Shown piece by piece: positions 20,708-31,232 of a DNA stretch of 39,567 nucleotides. The notes below the pieces were generated by a model. The model was not told the DNA's origin, ran no database searches, and worked only from the letters and a program-made list of their open reading frames with translations. Each line of letters opens with the position of its first letter. The stretch's first letter is position 1. The position numbers were made by a program, and so were the translations under genes. The stretch is from sequence record SRR31156797_11091. One strand, written 5' to 3'.

Positions 20708-20739
20708 AAGCTCAAAAATAATATTTTTGGGCTTTTTTT
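20708..20739 (+). terminator. Probable terminator after perM
   Basis: AAGCTCAAAAATA-A-TATTTTTGGGCTTTTTTT. Confidence 0.6.
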
Positions 20740-20802
20740 GTTATTTGATATTAATATTAATAATGTATTGGTTCCAATAATATAACTCTAATAAAGTTAT
20801 TG

Positions 20803-20830
20803 CTTAAGTTCTCAGTTTTGCAGTCGATAA
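20803..20830 (+). promoter_or_regulatory. Putative sigma28 (FliA) promoter of the chemoreceptor
   Basis: cTTAA-N15-GTCGATAA versus the consensus TAAA-N15-GCCGATAA. Confidence 0.6.
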
Positions 20831-20874
20831 AGTGACGAACATAACAAAAACTACAAGTATGCAATGAGGGACGT

Positions 20875-22746
20875 ATGAGATTTAGTCAAAAGATAGTGGC
20901 TGCTTCATCGGTATTGTTACTGGTAACAGCATCTCTGTTATCACTTCAGCAGGTAAGCACGGTTAAAACCGAAGTTACCAACCTAATTAGTAGCAGTTTA
21001 AAGGGATTAGCGGAAGGTGTCGCCGATACGGTATCTGCTGAAATGGAAAGCAAAAAAGCTTTGGCTCAGTCCACGACAGACATTTTGCAAATTGACCCAG
21101 AAAACCGCAGTTATGTGAAAAGTGTTCTGGAAACCACCCATTTAAAAAGCAGTTTTCTTGCCGTAGGGTTAGGTTATCAAAGTGACGGTAAGGTCGTTGA
21201 AAATGATGACGGCTGGGAGCCTGACAGTAGCTATGACCCTCGTAAACGTCCTTGGTTTAGTGATGCTAAACAAGAAGGCAAGCTGACAGTTACAGCTCCT
21301 TATGTGGATGTGTCCACGAAGAAGATGATCATATCGATTGCGACCCCTGTTTATAATCAAAGCAATTTCATTGGTGCGATGTTCTACGACTTAACGCTCA
21401 GCCCTTTGGCTGACATGGTTAACAAGGTGAACCTTTTTGACGCTGGTAATATGTTCATTATCACTGCTGATGGAATGACGATTGCGCACCAGAGCGCGCA
21501 ACATAACGGTCAGAATATTGATACTTATTTGCCAGATGTGCCCATTAAAGAGGGAGCTCAAAACGTCGTTATAGATGGTAAAGAGTACCTCCTTGGTTTT
21601 ACTTACTTACCCAAAGAAAATTGGTATGTAGGGGCATTGATTGATCGCTCTATTGCTTTCTCGAGTATTTCAAAGCTTAGAAACAGCGCAATTATTTATA
21701 CTGTGATTGGCGTTATCGTCAGTGTCATGATTCTTACCTTCTTGATCAGTTTCTTGATGAGGCCTTTGAAAACTTTAAATGAAGCAATTAAGGATGTGGC
21801 ATCAGGAAATGGGGATTTAACCAAGCGCTTAGATACTGATACAGATAAAGAGTTTGCTGAGCTGGCGTTAGGCTTTAATACCTTTACTGAAACATTGCAG
21901 AAGTTGATAAGCCAGACAAAAGCGATTGGTGATGAAATCAGGCATGGAGCCGAACAAACCATGAACAGCGTTCAATCATCTTCAGGAGCGATGCAGTCGC
22001 AGCTACATGAGTTGGAGCAACTGGCGACAGCGATGAACGAGATGGCTGCAACAGCAACTGAAGTTGCAAATAATGCCCAAGGCGCGGCTTCTGCGGCGCA
22101 AGATGCAGATGATGCGACGCAAGAAGGTTCAAAAGTAGTCAGTGATACGACATTATCGATTGATATGCTTTCTGCTCGTATTGAACAAGCGGTTGAAGAG
22201 GTACAGGGCTTAGAATCAGCAACGGCCAATATCGAAACGATATTGAAAGTGATCAACGATATCGCTGACCAAACCAACCTATTGGCGTTGAATGCCGCGA
22301 TTGAGGCCGCGCGAGCGGGTGAGTCAGGGCGTGGTTTTGCTGTGGTGGCCGATGAAGTTCGTACTCTGGCGCAACGCACTCAACAATCAACAACAGAAAT
22401 TCGCAGCATGATTGAACAACTTCAAGCTGGAGCAAGCTCTGTTTCTGTAGCGATGAATGAAAGCAAAGCAACGGCGGTGGATGCGGTAGACAAAGCCAAA
22501 TTAGCCGATGAAGCGTTACGCAAAATTCATGTTGCGATACAGCATATTACCGACATGAATATGCAGATAGCTTCGGCGGCTGAAGAGCAAAGTTTGGTAG
22601 CAGAAGAGATCAATAATAATACGGTGAAAATTAAAGATCTGTCGACTCAGGTCTCGGACTCTGCAGAAGAGTCGAACATTGCCATGCAAGTACAAACTGA
22701 AAATGTTCGTGAACAAGGTGAAATTCTGAGTAAGTTCATCGTGTAA
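20875..22746 (+). CDS. Methyl-accepting chemotaxis protein with dCache_1 amino-acid sensor (Mlp24-like)
   Basis: Two TM segments, dCache with [19 protein letters not shown], signalling hairpin [34 protein letters not shown]. Confidence 0.93.
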   Translation: MRFSQKIVAASSVLLLVTASLLSLQQVSTVKTEVTNLISSSLKGLAEGVADTVSAEMESKKALAQSTTDILQIDPENRSYVKSVLETTHLKSSFLAVGLGYQSDGKVVENDDGWEPDSSYDPRKRPWFSDAKQEGKLTVTAPYVDVSTKKMIISIATPVYNQSNFIGAMFYDLTLSPLADMVNKVNLFDAGNMFIITADGMTIAHQSAQHNGQNIDTYLPDVPIKEGAQNVVIDGKEYLLGFTYLPKENWYVGALIDRSIAFSSISKLRNSAIIYTVIGVIVSVMILTFLISFLMRPLKTLNEAIKDVASGNGDLTKRLDTDTDKEFAELALGFNTFTETLQKLISQTKAIGDEIRHGAEQTMNSVQSSSGAMQSQLHELEQLATAMNEMAATATEVANNAQGAASAAQDADDATQEGSKVVSDTTLSIDMLSARIEQAVEEVQGLESATANIETILKVINDIADQTNLLALNAAIEAARAGESGRGFAVVADEVRTLAQRTQQSTTEIRSMIEQLQAGASSVSVAMNESKATAVDAVDKAKLADEALRKIHVAIQHITDMNMQIASAAEEQSLVAEEINNNTVKIKDLSTQVSDSAEESNIAMQVQTENVREQGEILSKFIV

Positions 22747-22768
22747 TGAACTCATAGCCATATAAAAT

Positions 22769-22793
22769 TAAGGCCAGCGTGATGCTGGCCTTA
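22769..22793. terminator. Terminator between convergent MCP and bcp
   Basis: TAAGGCCAGC-GTGAT-GCTGGCCTTA. Confidence 0.7.
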
Positions 22794-22810
22794 TTCGTTG
22801 TCAATGATGA

Positions 22811-23284
22811 CTAAGCTTTGTTTTCGTTCAAGTAGTTAAGGACGACTTCATGGTGATCTTTCGTTTTGAACTTATTGAACACGTGCTCGATAACGCCGTT
22901 TTCATCGATTAAAAAGCTGATACGGTGTAAGCCATCGTAAACTTTACCCATAAATTTCTTCTCGCCCCAAACACCAAATTGCTCGGCGACCTGGTGATCT
23001 TCATCAGACAGTAAAGTGAAGTTTAAATCATCACGCGTGATGAACTTACCTAAACGAGCTACTGGGTCGATGCTGACACCAAGAACAACCACATTATGAG
23101 CGTCTAGTTCTGCTTTAACATCGCGAAGGCCTTGTGCTTGAACGGTACAACCAGGCGTCATCGCTTTAGGGTAAAAGTAAAAAAGTATCTTTTTACCAGC
23201 GAAATCAGCAAGAGAGACGGAGTTGCCATCTTGGTCGAGTAGCGAAAAGTTAGGAGCAGGTGAACCCGCTGTTAGAGTTTTCAT
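22811..23284 (-). CDS. bcp: Thiol peroxidase Bcp
   Basis: YFYPKAMTPGCT, GKVYDGLHRISF; likely start MKTLTAG at 23284. Confidence 0.96.
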   Translation of the reverse strand: MKTLTAGSPAPNFSLLDQDGNSVSLADFAGKKILFYFYPKAMTPGCTVQAQGLRDVKAELDAHNVVVLGVSIDPVARLGKFITRDDLNFTLLSDEDHQVAEQFGVWGEKKFMGKVYDGLHRISFLIDENGVIEHVFNKFKTKDHHEVVLNYLNENKA

Positions 23285-23349
23285 TGTCGTTCCTTTGAAT
23301 TTTACGGATATCACTCTATCTGAATATTAAATCCGATGAACAATATCGA

Positions 23350-23892
23350 CTATTGGCTGTTTTTAATAAAGTTGAGCGAGCCTTGAACTGATAGCTGCTG
23401 GCACTGTGTGTCAAACTCTTCTTGAAGCTGCATCAGGTTATATTCAGAGTCAACGTGTGCGGTAATCGCAATGTGAAACTGATCTTTATCTGAAGCAAGC
23501 TTATCTTTATTAATGGTTTGAGCGCTTAATGATGCCATACCAATATTACGTTCCGCAAAGAACTGGGTAAATTGTTCAGTAAGACCAATGCGGTCATCCG
23601 ACTCAACATACACTTCAACGATGTAGTCATTGGATTGCGGATCCGGCGGTGATGTGCGTTTCATGATGGTAATCAGCTCTTGCTCTTGGCCTAACAGAGG
23701 CAGTGTTGTCTCTACTCTGGCGATGCTGTTGGTGTTGCCAGACAAAAGCATGATTAGTGTGAATTCCTTGCCAAACAACGCAATGCGGCTATCGATGATA
23801 TTACAGCCTGATTGCGTGACCAGTTTTGCGACTTGATTGCAAATACCCGGTCTATCTGTCCCTATTGCAGTGATCACAAGATGTTGAGTCAT
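23350..23892 (-). CDS. gcvR: Glycine cleavage system regulator GcvR (two ACT domains)
   Basis: LVITAIGTDRPGI, GCNIIDSR, DRIGL; divergent from dapA and upstream of bcp. Extended -10 TGTTACCAT at 23930-23922. Confidence 0.92.
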   Translation of the reverse strand: MTQHLVITAIGTDRPGICNQVAKLVTQSGCNIIDSRIALFGKEFTLIMLLSGNTNSIARVETTLPLLGQEQELITIMKRTSPPDPQSNDYIVEVYVESDDRIGLTEQFTQFFAERNIGMASLSAQTINKDKLASDKDQFHIAITAHVDSEYNLMQLQEEFDTQCQQLSVQGSLNFIKNSQ

Positions 23893-24179
23893 ATTGATAA
23901 TTCGCTTTGTTATTTTTATGCATGGTAACACAACTCATAAATTGCCCAATATCAGTTGCATCATTTTTAGTATAGAAAGGGAGAGGAAAAACGTCTTTTC
24001 ACTTGGCTAACAAACTTCACTTTTTCCGCTATATAATTGGCTTGAGGTGGTAGATTGAGCGAAACCTCTAACATATGATAAATATTCACGAATAAGGTGC
24101 ATTTAAGCAAACTTATCCTCTTGTGTTTTTCAAGTCCCATGCAGTACCATGCAGAAAGCATTAATTTATGGAGATAGAC

Positions 24180-25058
24180 ATGTTTTCAGGAAGTATCGTA
24201 GCGTTAATCACCCCCTTTACCCAAGATGGCGAAGTCGACTTTGTTAGCCTTAAAAAGTTGGTTGATTACCATGTGGAAGCAGGGACAGATGCTATTGTAG
24301 CAGTAGGTACGACAGGTGAGTCTTCTACTCTAACTATCGAAGAGCATGTCAAAGTAGTCGAAAAAGTAGTGGAATATTCAAATGGCCGTATTGCTGTCAT
24401 TGCTGGCACGGGAGCGAATGCCACTCATGAGTCTATTACTTTTAGTCGTCTACTAAACAACACTGGCATTGCTGGCGTACTTAGCGTAACACCGTATTAC
24501 AATAAGCCTACACAAGAAGGTTTATATCAACACTACAAAGCCATTTCTGAAGAGACAACGGTACCAATTATTCTTTATAACGTACCTGGTCGTACTGCGG
24601 TTGATTTAAAACCAGAAACGGTCGCTCGTTTAGCTAAGTTAGATAACATTGTGGCACTTAAAGATGCAACCGGTGATCTGAGCCGCGTCGCACTGCACCG
24701 TGAACTGTGTGGTGAAGATTTTGTGCTACTAAGTGGTGATGATGGTACTGGCCTTGAGTTCATGAAACTGGGCGGACAAGGTGTTATCTCTGTCACCAAC
24801 AATATTGCTGCCGCTGATATGGCTAACATGACGCATTTAGCGCTAGACGGCAAGTTTGATGAAGCGGAAGCAATCAATCAGCGTTTAATGCCTTTGCATA
24901 AGAATTTATTTGTGGAATCGAGCCCAATCCCAGTTAAATGGGTGGCTCTGCAGTTGGGATTAATCTCATTTGGTGATCTACGTCTACCTTTAACTCAACT
25001 TTCTGAACAAGCGCAGCCAATCGTTGCCCAAGCGATGACAGAAGCCTGTATTTCTTAA
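24180..25058 (+). CDS. dapA: 4-hydroxy-tetrahydrodipicolinate synthase
   Basis: [29 protein letters not shown] at 24180 after GGAG. Confidence 0.98.
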   Translation: MFSGSIVALITPFTQDGEVDFVSLKKLVDYHVEAGTDAIVAVGTTGESSTLTIEEHVKVVEKVVEYSNGRIAVIAGTGANATHESITFSRLLNNTGIAGVLSVTPYYNKPTQEGLYQHYKAISEETTVPIILYNVPGRTAVDLKPETVARLAKLDNIVALKDATGDLSRVALHRELCGEDFVLLSGDDGTGLEFMKLGGQGVISVTNNIAAADMANMTHLALDGKFDEAEAINQRLMPLHKNLFVESSPIPVKWVALQLGLISFGDLRLPLTQLSEQAQPIVAQAMTEACIS

Positions 25059-25117
25059 CTCGCTTTCCATTACAATGCCGAGGTGTCAAACACCTCGGTG
25101 TATTTTTAGGAGTTTCA

Positions 25118-26134
25118 ATGAAGTTTACGCATCAGCTAGTCATCAGTTCACTAGCTGTTTTGGTTTTAAGTGGCTGCTCTAGTTCAACTCAGCGTCGCCA
25201 AGCCAAAGATGATTTTACCTACCTAGAGACAAAAGAATTCAGTGAATGGCAAGTACCGGCAGGTGCTAACCCAGAATTTTACCCAAATTATGATATCCCT
25301 CAGGGGGAGTATCATGGTGGTGTTGGGCCTACCGTTGATATTCGTCCGCCTCAACAAGTTTTAGAACTGATTCCCGGAGCTAGAGCTGAGCGAAAAGGCG
25401 ATGAAGTCTCTTTGTGGATGATCAATAAAGAAGAAGCCGATAAAGTTTGGGCGACCACGTTAAAAGTGATCGAAGAACGAAATATTAAGTTGTTATCCAA
25501 CACCAGTAACCGCATTGAAACGGATTGGGTTTCTTGGGTTTCTGAAGATGAAGATGTTGAGTTAGGTAGCCGCTATGAAGTGATTCGAGTTGAAGCGAAT
25601 AATCGGTTTGGTTACAAGATTTCTTTGATTGATTGGCGAGAAGGTGGCAAACAAATGCCTGTCTCAACAACCAATAAAGAGCGTTACAATGCGATGATGA
25701 CCAATTTGGTGACAACCCGATACGATCTGGATGCTCGTGAAGAGGCGGCTCGTAAAGCTCAAGAGCTGATTAAGCAAATCCCTATTTCTATGGGAGCTGA
25801 CCGCAGCGGTTTCCCTGTGATTATTGCACGCTCACCATATGATGTATTGTGGCCACGTTTGACCAACATACTGCCAAAAATGGGCTTCACTATCGAGGAG
25901 CGCAGTCAGTCACAAGGTACGGTGAAAGCTAAGTATGCTTCACCGGATGATGATTTCTGGCAAGAGATTGGCGTCAAGCCGATTGCGCTTGACTCAGGGA
26001 CTTACACCTTCTTGTTTGGTGATTTAGGTAACCGTACCTCGATTAACGTGACGGATTCTTCAGGCAAACCCGTTGAAGAAGAGTTACTAAAAGACATGGT
26101 GCCAGTCATTGCCGCTGTCGTAGACACGAAATAG
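25118..26134 (+). CDS. bamC: Outer-membrane assembly lipoprotein BamC
   Basis: Lipobox LSGC, DIRPPQQVLELIPG, ETDWVSW; directly downstream of dapA. Confidence 0.92.
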   Translation: MKFTHQLVISSLAVLVLSGCSSSTQRRQAKDDFTYLETKEFSEWQVPAGANPEFYPNYDIPQGEYHGGVGPTVDIRPPQQVLELIPGARAERKGDEVSLWMINKEEADKVWATTLKVIEERNIKLLSNTSNRIETDWVSWVSEDEDVELGSRYEVIRVEANNRFGYKISLIDWREGGKQMPVSTTNKERYNAMMTNLVTTRYDLDAREEAARKAQELIKQIPISMGADRSGFPVIIARSPYDVLWPRLTNILPKMGFTIEERSQSQGTVKAKYASPDDDFWQEIGVKPIALDSGTYTFLFGDLGNRTSINVTDSSGKPVEEELLKDMVPVIAAVVDTK

Positions 26135-26150
26135 TGACAATCTAAGGAAT

Positions 26151-26180
26151 AATAAAGGACGCGTTGGCGTCCTTTATTTT
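26151..26180. terminator. Bidirectional terminator
   Basis: AATAAAGGACGC-GTTG-GCGTCCTTTATT. Confidence 0.8.
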
Positions 26181-26356
26181 TTGTGTTGGTCTTGATGCTG
26201 TTGTCGATCCAAATCGTTGAGTTTATCTAAATCGCTTTTCTTTTTCTCTTGGCCAAATTTCATCTTGGCCGTGTACTTTAACGCCATGATATTGCCTATC
26301 ACAACACTGAGAATGACGATGGTGATAACCCAAGGGTTAAAAAGAAATTCAATCAT
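26174..26356 (-). CDS. Small membrane protein (DUF2897-like)
   Basis: N-terminal TM, VVIGNIMALKYTAKMKF motif; last gene of the dapE run. Confidence 0.7.
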   Translation of the reverse strand: MIEFLFNPWVITIVILSVVIGNIMALKYTAKMKFGQEKKKSDLDKLNDLDRQQHQDQHKK

Positions 26357-26364
26357 GATGGACT

Positions 26365-27045
26365 CTAGAGGTGGCTGATGTTGGTAATGTATTGATTGTA
26401 GATCTCACTAAGCATTTGGTGCACACATTCTTTACCTAAAATGGGCGCAGATTCTAATTGTTTTGAGAGTCGATCAAGGGTTAATGCTTCCAAGTAATGG
26501 TTTGCCGTAGAGTAGTGGCTGATATGCCAGGGTTCAAAGGCGACACCGTTACTATTTTCCTGATAAGGGAAGAAAAAACCGAAATGCTGCAAGTTGTCTT
26601 TTAACCAGAGGTAAAAAGGGCGTTGGTGATCTTGCAAATACTCCCAAGGCTCCAGTTGTAAGGTGCCGTTTTCAGGTAAGGCATTGCGGTCAAAAACATC
26701 TAAATCTGTTCCCCAATGATGACGGCTGGCACCGGGTAATGCTGACCATCGAAGAATAGAACGGATTTTTTCGCTTTCACTGAGCAAGTCGCTATTAATG
26801 GGCTGGCTATTGTCATCAAGCAATACCGATTCTCCGGACATCTTTTTGTTCCAGATAGTGAGTTGACGTTCAAATGAACGAAACCCGCTGGCGATATTGA
26901 AGTTAAAGCCTGCATCATCTGCTGCTTGCTTGAGTGCGAGTAGATCTTTACTCACGTTTGGGTTGAGCAGAAAACTTTTCTGCCCAACCACGACATCAAC
27001 CAAGTGAGACTCTGTCTGCCCTGTTAATTGCGCTGCAGTGATCAT
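26365..27045 (-). CDS. M15 family zinc carboxypeptidase (VanY/LdcB-like), probably cytoplasmic
   Basis: [15 protein letters not shown] (SxHx6D), EPWH (ExxH); no signal peptide; overlaps the dapE stop. Confidence 0.88.
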   Translation of the reverse strand: MITAAQLTGQTESHLVDVVVGQKSFLLNPNVSKDLLALKQAADDAGFNFNIASGFRSFERQLTIWNKKMSGESVLLDDNSQPINSDLLSESEKIRSILRWSALPGASRHHWGTDLDVFDRNALPENGTLQLEPWEYLQDHQRPFYLWLKDNLQHFGFFFPYQENSNGVAFEPWHISHYSTANHYLEALTLDRLSKQLESAPILGKECVHQMLSEIYNQYITNISHL

Positions 27046-28178
27046 TGCGCTAACAGGTTTTCCAAGGTTTTTTCATACATATCTGTCAGCATCTCAAGAT
27101 CGCTGATGTTTACGCACTCGTTCACTTTATGGATGGTTGCGTTCACAGGGCCGAGTTCAACCACTTGAGATCCCATCTGTGCGATGAAGCGACCATCTGA
27201 CGTACCACCGGTCGTCAATAGTTCCGGTGCCTGATGGTTTACATCACTCACCGCTTTTACAACTGCGTCTAAAAGCTCGCCAGTGTCAGTCAAAAACGGT
27301 AAGCCGTTTAAGGTCCACTTCAAGTCATAATCCAAACCGTGAGCATCCAGTGTGGAGTGGATACGACGTTGGATTTCTTCTGCTGTCAGCTCTGTACTAA
27401 AACGCAGGTTAAACTGAACGTTAAACTCGCCAGGGATCACGTTAGACGCTCCTGTACCAGCATGAAGGTTTGGGATCTGGAAGCTGGTTGGTGGGAAGTA
27501 ATCGTTGCCATCATCCCATTTGATATTAGTCAGCTCTGCAATCGCTGGTAAGGCTTGATGAACCGGGTTATGTGCTAAGTGAGGGTAAGCAACGTGGCCT
27601 TGAGTGCCTTTTACCGTAATATCACCGGTGATAGAACCACGACGACCATTTTTAATCACATCACCCACTTTCAGTGTGCTTGATGGTTCGCCAACAATAC
27701 ACATATCAATGATTTCATCACGAGCCATTAAGGTATCAACCACGCGAGTCGTACCATTGATGAATGGCCCTTCTTCATCAGAGGTAATTAAAAATCCGAT
27801 AGAGCCTTTGTGATTTGGGTTTTCAGCGATGAAGCGCTCAACAGCAACAATCATACAGGCTAGAGAGCCTTTCATATCTGCCGTACCACGGCCATGCAAA
27901 TGACCATCGATCACTGTCGGTTCAAAAGGTGGTGTATGCCACTGTTCTAGCTTGCCAGCAGGAACCACGTCAGTGTGACCTGCAAAAGTAAACAGCGGCG
28001 CTTCTGAGCCTCTGCGTGCCCAAAAGTTAGTGGTATCCTCAAACACCATGACTTCGATTTCAAATCCTAACGCTTTTAGACGCTCAATCATTAAATCCTG
28101 GCAACCCGCATCTTCAGGTGTTACCGATTGGCGGCTAATTAAATCTTTTGCGAGAGCCAAAACAGGGCTATCTGTCAT
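27042..28178 (-). CDS. dapE: Succinyl-diaminopimelate desuccinylase
   Basis: [44 protein letters not shown]. Confidence 0.98.
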   Translation of the reverse strand: MTDSPVLALAKDLISRQSVTPEDAGCQDLMIERLKALGFEIEVMVFEDTTNFWARRGSEAPLFTFAGHTDVVPAGKLEQWHTPPFEPTVIDGHLHGRGTADMKGSLACMIVAVERFIAENPNHKGSIGFLITSDEEGPFINGTTRVVDTLMARDEIIDMCIVGEPSSTLKVGDVIKNGRRGSITGDITVKGTQGHVAYPHLAHNPVHQALPAIAELTNIKWDDGNDYFPPTSFQIPNLHAGTGASNVIPGEFNVQFNLRFSTELTAEEIQRRIHSTLDAHGLDYDLKWTLNGLPFLTDTGELLDAVVKAVSDVNHQAPELLTTGGTSDGRFIAQMGSQVVELGPVNATIHKVNECVNISDLEMLTDMYEKTLENLLAQ

Positions 28179-28210
28179 CCTTGAAATCCTTATGTCTTTT
28201 TTCTAAAGAG

Positions 28211-28561
28211 TTATTGAGTAAAAATCGTCGCGTAGTTATCCGCTTTAAAGCCGATATACAGTTGACCGTTATGTTTGATAATTGGGCGCTTAATCATCGC
28301 TGGTTGTTCTACCAGTAGTGTTACCGCTGTTGCTTCTGACAAGCTGTCTTTTTGTTCTTGGCTGAGCTGGCGGTAAGTTGTACCGCGTTTGTTTAGCACA
28401 TTTTCCCAGCCTAGCTCAGCACAAAACTCTTTGACCATTTCAGCATCAATACCTTGTTTTCGGTAATCATGGAACTGGTAATCGACACCTTCCGCTTCAA
28501 GCCATTTTCGTGCCTTCTTGATCGTGTCGCAATTAGGGATGCCATACATAATCGTGGTCAT
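28211..28561 (-). CDS. yffB: ArsC/Spx-family protein (YffB-like)
   Basis: YGIPNCDTIKKAR, HDYRKQG, LNKRGTT, MIKRP; upstream of dapE as in E. coli. Confidence 0.85.
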   Translation of the reverse strand: MTTIMYGIPNCDTIKKARKWLEAEGVDYQFHDYRKQGIDAEMVKEFCAELGWENVLNKRGTTYRQLSQEQKDSLSEATAVTLLVEQPAMIKRPIIKHNGQLYIGFKADNYATIFTQ

Positions 28562-28631
28562 AATTTTCCTTTATCTGAACTTTGATAGCCAAGCGCTATA
28601 AGGGAGGCTGGGTCTAATAATTATTTGCCAA

Positions 28632-28660
28632 ATCCTATCAGGAACTCTCTCCTGTGACAA
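28632..28660 (-). promoter_or_regulatory. sigma70 promoter of the yffB-dapE operon
   Basis: Minus strand TTGTCA-17 bp-TAGGAT with an extended TG. Confidence 0.6.
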
Positions 28661-28846
28661 AAGGGATGGGAGATATTTCTCATACTATTATGGGCCAATC
28701 CACTTATAACGCTAACAGCATAGTGTTTAGGTGGCTGGGCTCGAAAATGCCGGCTCAAATTGATTCGATTGAAAACTTATTGATCAAACGCAACACGTTC
28801 CAAGACAAAAAGGAAATAATGAGAAATTATTGATTAGGAGGTATCA

Positions 28847-29134
28847 ATGGAATTGAGTCCTGTTTTCGCTAGGCGTTTGTACTTAGCCCTGTTAGTTGAA
28901 AGCCTTGAGCGGCCGAATGTCCCGAAACTTATTGAAAAAACGGGGTGGCCTCGTCGTACTATTCAGGATGTGATTAAAGCGCTTCCGGGTATAGGAATAG
29001 AACTTATGTTTGTTCAAGATGGTAGACGTCACAATGACGGTTACTATCAATTGTCTGACTGGGGACCGTTTGATAGCCAGTGGGTTTTTGAGCGTAAGAG
29101 CGACATCGCAGCTAGCTTAGGATACACAGTTTAA
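28847..29134 (+). CDS. Small winged-HTH protein
   Basis: PNVPKLIEKTGWPRRTIQDVI HTH, GYYQLSDWG wing; strong AGGAGG SD. Confidence 0.8.
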   Translation: MELSPVFARRLYLALLVESLERPNVPKLIEKTGWPRRTIQDVIKALPGIGIELMFVQDGRRHNDGYYQLSDWGPFDSQWVFERKSDIAASLGYTV

Positions 29135-29160
29135 AGCCAGCACTGCTGGCTTTTTCTTTT
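29133..29160 (+). terminator. Intrinsic terminator
   Basis: AAAGCCAGC-ACT-GCTGGCTTTTTCTTTT. Confidence 0.75.
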
Positions 29161-29177
29161 GCATCTATCTCGTGGAT

Positions 29178-29525
29178 TTATTGATTGTTCATCGTCCAAT
29201 AAATGGCAAAGCCAATCCAGCTAACAGCAAGTAATAGCCATGGTAGAAGGTGGTTTGGTGCTTTGCTGGCACTATTGTCTTGAATACTAACAGGTGCTTC
29301 ACTCTCTTGTTGTTGTGATTGCTTGGTTTTTTGCGCTTTCTTTTTTGCTTTATCCGCTTGACGGCTTTTCTCTTTTTGCTGCTTTTTATACAGGGCAATA
29401 CCTTTCTCTACTCCCTGAGCAATCAGCTTGGTCTGCTCTTTTGTCTGACCAGGCTTTTGCGTCGCTTTCGCAATAGTCATGGCTTCTTGTTGAGTTTGCT
29501 CTGATGGGATCACTTTGTTTTTCAT
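29178..29525 (-). CDS. DUF2956-like protein with C-terminal membrane anchor
   Basis: TQKPGQTKEQTKLIAQG.EKGIALYKKQQK, LPW.LL..SW.GF; likely start MKNKV at 29525. Confidence 0.75.
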   Translation of the reverse strand: MKNKVIPSEQTQQEAMTIAKATQKPGQTKEQTKLIAQGVEKGIALYKKQQKEKSRQADKAKKKAQKTKQSQQQESEAPVSIQDNSASKAPNHLLPWLLLAVSWIGFAIYWTMNNQ

Positions 29526-29711
29526 ATCACTACAAGTTCTACTGCTATTGTTATGAGTTGACCCTAACATGCTTTTATAACTATCAAAATGGTCTGTTGA
29601 TATTAATGTGTTATTCACGCTAGCCTGCGAGCGATTCAGAGATTTCGTATAGCTATTTAGAACCATTTCGTTAAAGTATTAATTCTGTCAAAAGTAAAAC
29701 AACGGAATAGT

Positions 29712-30170
29712 GTGCGTTATTCAATTGAACGGTATGATGTTCATGGCTATCTAAAAGCCCCTAAATTGTTGTGGCTTGGTTGGTTTTTTCTGTCAAAGGC
29801 TTGGATCGTTTTTATCATGGCGGGAGCCAGTCGTGAGAATGGACCTAAAATTTTGGCTTTGATTTACCCGGATCACTCAATGCTGTATTTAGGCTTAGCT
29901 ATGGGAATCCCGATTATCGCGCTGATGTGGTTACTTGGATTAAGGCACCCAGAGAAAAAGTGGGCAGTAGCCTTAACACGCTGGGGAAGAGAAATCACAC
30001 TACTGACGACCATTGCTCAATTTAGCCAGACGGCTTACCACGTTTACTTGCAGCATGGCTCTTTTCATTGGGTCACGGCATTAAGTTTACTGATACTGCT
30101 ATGGTTTGCTTTGTACGTCTATAACAGCCGTAGCGTAAAAGACTGTTTTCAAGTTTCCGTACTGCATTAG
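29712..30170 (+). CDS. DUF2919 (YfeZ-like) membrane protein
   Basis: YD.HG.LK.P, AGASR, YPDH; four TM segments; next to dyp as yfeZ is near yfeX. Confidence 0.75.
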   Translation: MRYSIERYDVHGYLKAPKLLWLGWFFLSKAWIVFIMAGASRENGPKILALIYPDHSMLYLGLAMGIPIIALMWLLGLRHPEKKWAVALTRWGREITLLTTIAQFSQTAYHVYLQHGSFHWVTALSLLILLWFALYVYNSRSVKDCFQVSVLH

Positions 30171-30250
30171 GTATGATCACAGTCAACAACAGGAAAAAAT
30201 TTTTAATTACACTTATTTAGATTAACTACTGTGAATAGTGAGGATTTTTT

Positions 30251-31156
30251 ATGTCAACGTCACAGACTGCAATCTTGCCAGAAGCTGGACCATTTGCACT
30301 TTATAGCATTCTGAAGATTCGTCAGAATCACGCCAACGTTTTAAAACAGCTTCAAGCGTTGCCTGCTAAGGTTGAAGAGATTAATGCCAATCAGCCGGGT
30401 GCAGAGTTAACTCTCTCAATTGCGTTTACAAAAGCGTTTTGGCAACAAGTCGATGCACCGATGCCAGCCGAACTGATTGATTTTCCACAATTGGGTGAAG
30501 GTAAAGTCGTTGCACCGAGCACGGATGTTGATGTTTTGATTCACTGTCACTCAACACGTCACGATTTACTGTTTTACGTACTGCGTACATTCTTAACTGA
30601 TACCGCAGAAGATCTAACGGTAGTTGATGAAACCTACGGTTATCGTTATCTAGATGCTCGTGATATGACCGGTTTTATTGATGGAACTGAGAACCCGAAA
30701 GAAGACCAGCGTAAAGAAGTCGCGATTATTGCGGACGGTGAATTTGCGGGTGGTAGCTATGTGTTGATGCAGCGTTTTGTGCATGATCTACCAGCATGGA
30801 ACCGCTTAAACATTGCAGCGCAAGAGAAAGTGATTGGTCGTACTAAGCCGGATTCGATTGAACTTGATGATGTACCAGCGGCATCTCACGTTGGACGTGT
30901 TGATATTAAAGAAGAAGGCAAAGGCCTGAAAATTGTTCGTCATAGCCTGCCATACGGCACAGCAAGTGGCGACCATGGTCTGCTGTTCATCGCTTACTGC
31001 CATACCTTACACAATATTAAAGTGATGCTGGAAAGCATGTACGGTGTGACGGATGGTAAGACTGACCAAATGCTGCGTTTTACCCATGCGGTGACAGGCG
31101 CTTACTTCTTTGCTCCTTCACAACAAATGCTGGAGCAGTTAAGTCTCAAGTCATAA
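30251..31156 (+). CDS. Dye-decolourising peroxidase (YfeX/TyrA-like)
   Basis: GFIDGTENP (GxxDG), GGSY, IGRTK, SHVGR, RHSLPYG, GL.FIAY. Confidence 0.95.
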   Translation: MSTSQTAILPEAGPFALYSILKIRQNHANVLKQLQALPAKVEEINANQPGAELTLSIAFTKAFWQQVDAPMPAELIDFPQLGEGKVVAPSTDVDVLIHCHSTRHDLLFYVLRTFLTDTAEDLTVVDETYGYRYLDARDMTGFIDGTENPKEDQRKEVAIIADGEFAGGSYVLMQRFVHDLPAWNRLNIAAQEKVIGRTKPDSIELDDVPAASHVGRVDIKEEGKGLKIVRHSLPYGTASGDHGLLFIAYCHTLHNIKVMLESMYGVTDGKTDQMLRFTHAVTGAYFFAPSQQMLEQLSLKS

Positions 31157-31174
31157 TTTTTTAATCGTATTACT

Positions 31175-31201
31175 AAGCCGAGCAGTAGCTCGGCTTTTTT
31201 T
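31175..31201 (+). terminator. Intrinsic terminator of dyp
   Basis: AAGCCGAGC-AGTA-GCTCGGCTTTTTTT. Confidence 0.85.
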
Positions 31202-31204
31202 GTA

Positions 31205-31232
31205 CTAAAGAAAAACAGCCTCCCACCGATAT
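31205..31232 (+). promoter_or_regulatory. sigma28 promoter of flagellin 1
   Basis: cTAAA-N15-ACCGATAT. Confidence 0.8.

Noticed and set aside
20749..20800. AT-only palindrome TATTAATATTAATA and ATAACT/AGTTAT inverted repeat upstream of the MCP
   Set aside because: Expected by chance in a very AT-rich spacer; no regulator can be assigned
23967..24161. 64-aa ORF between gcvR and dapA
   Set aside because: Spans the divergent promoter region and has no recognisable SD or motif
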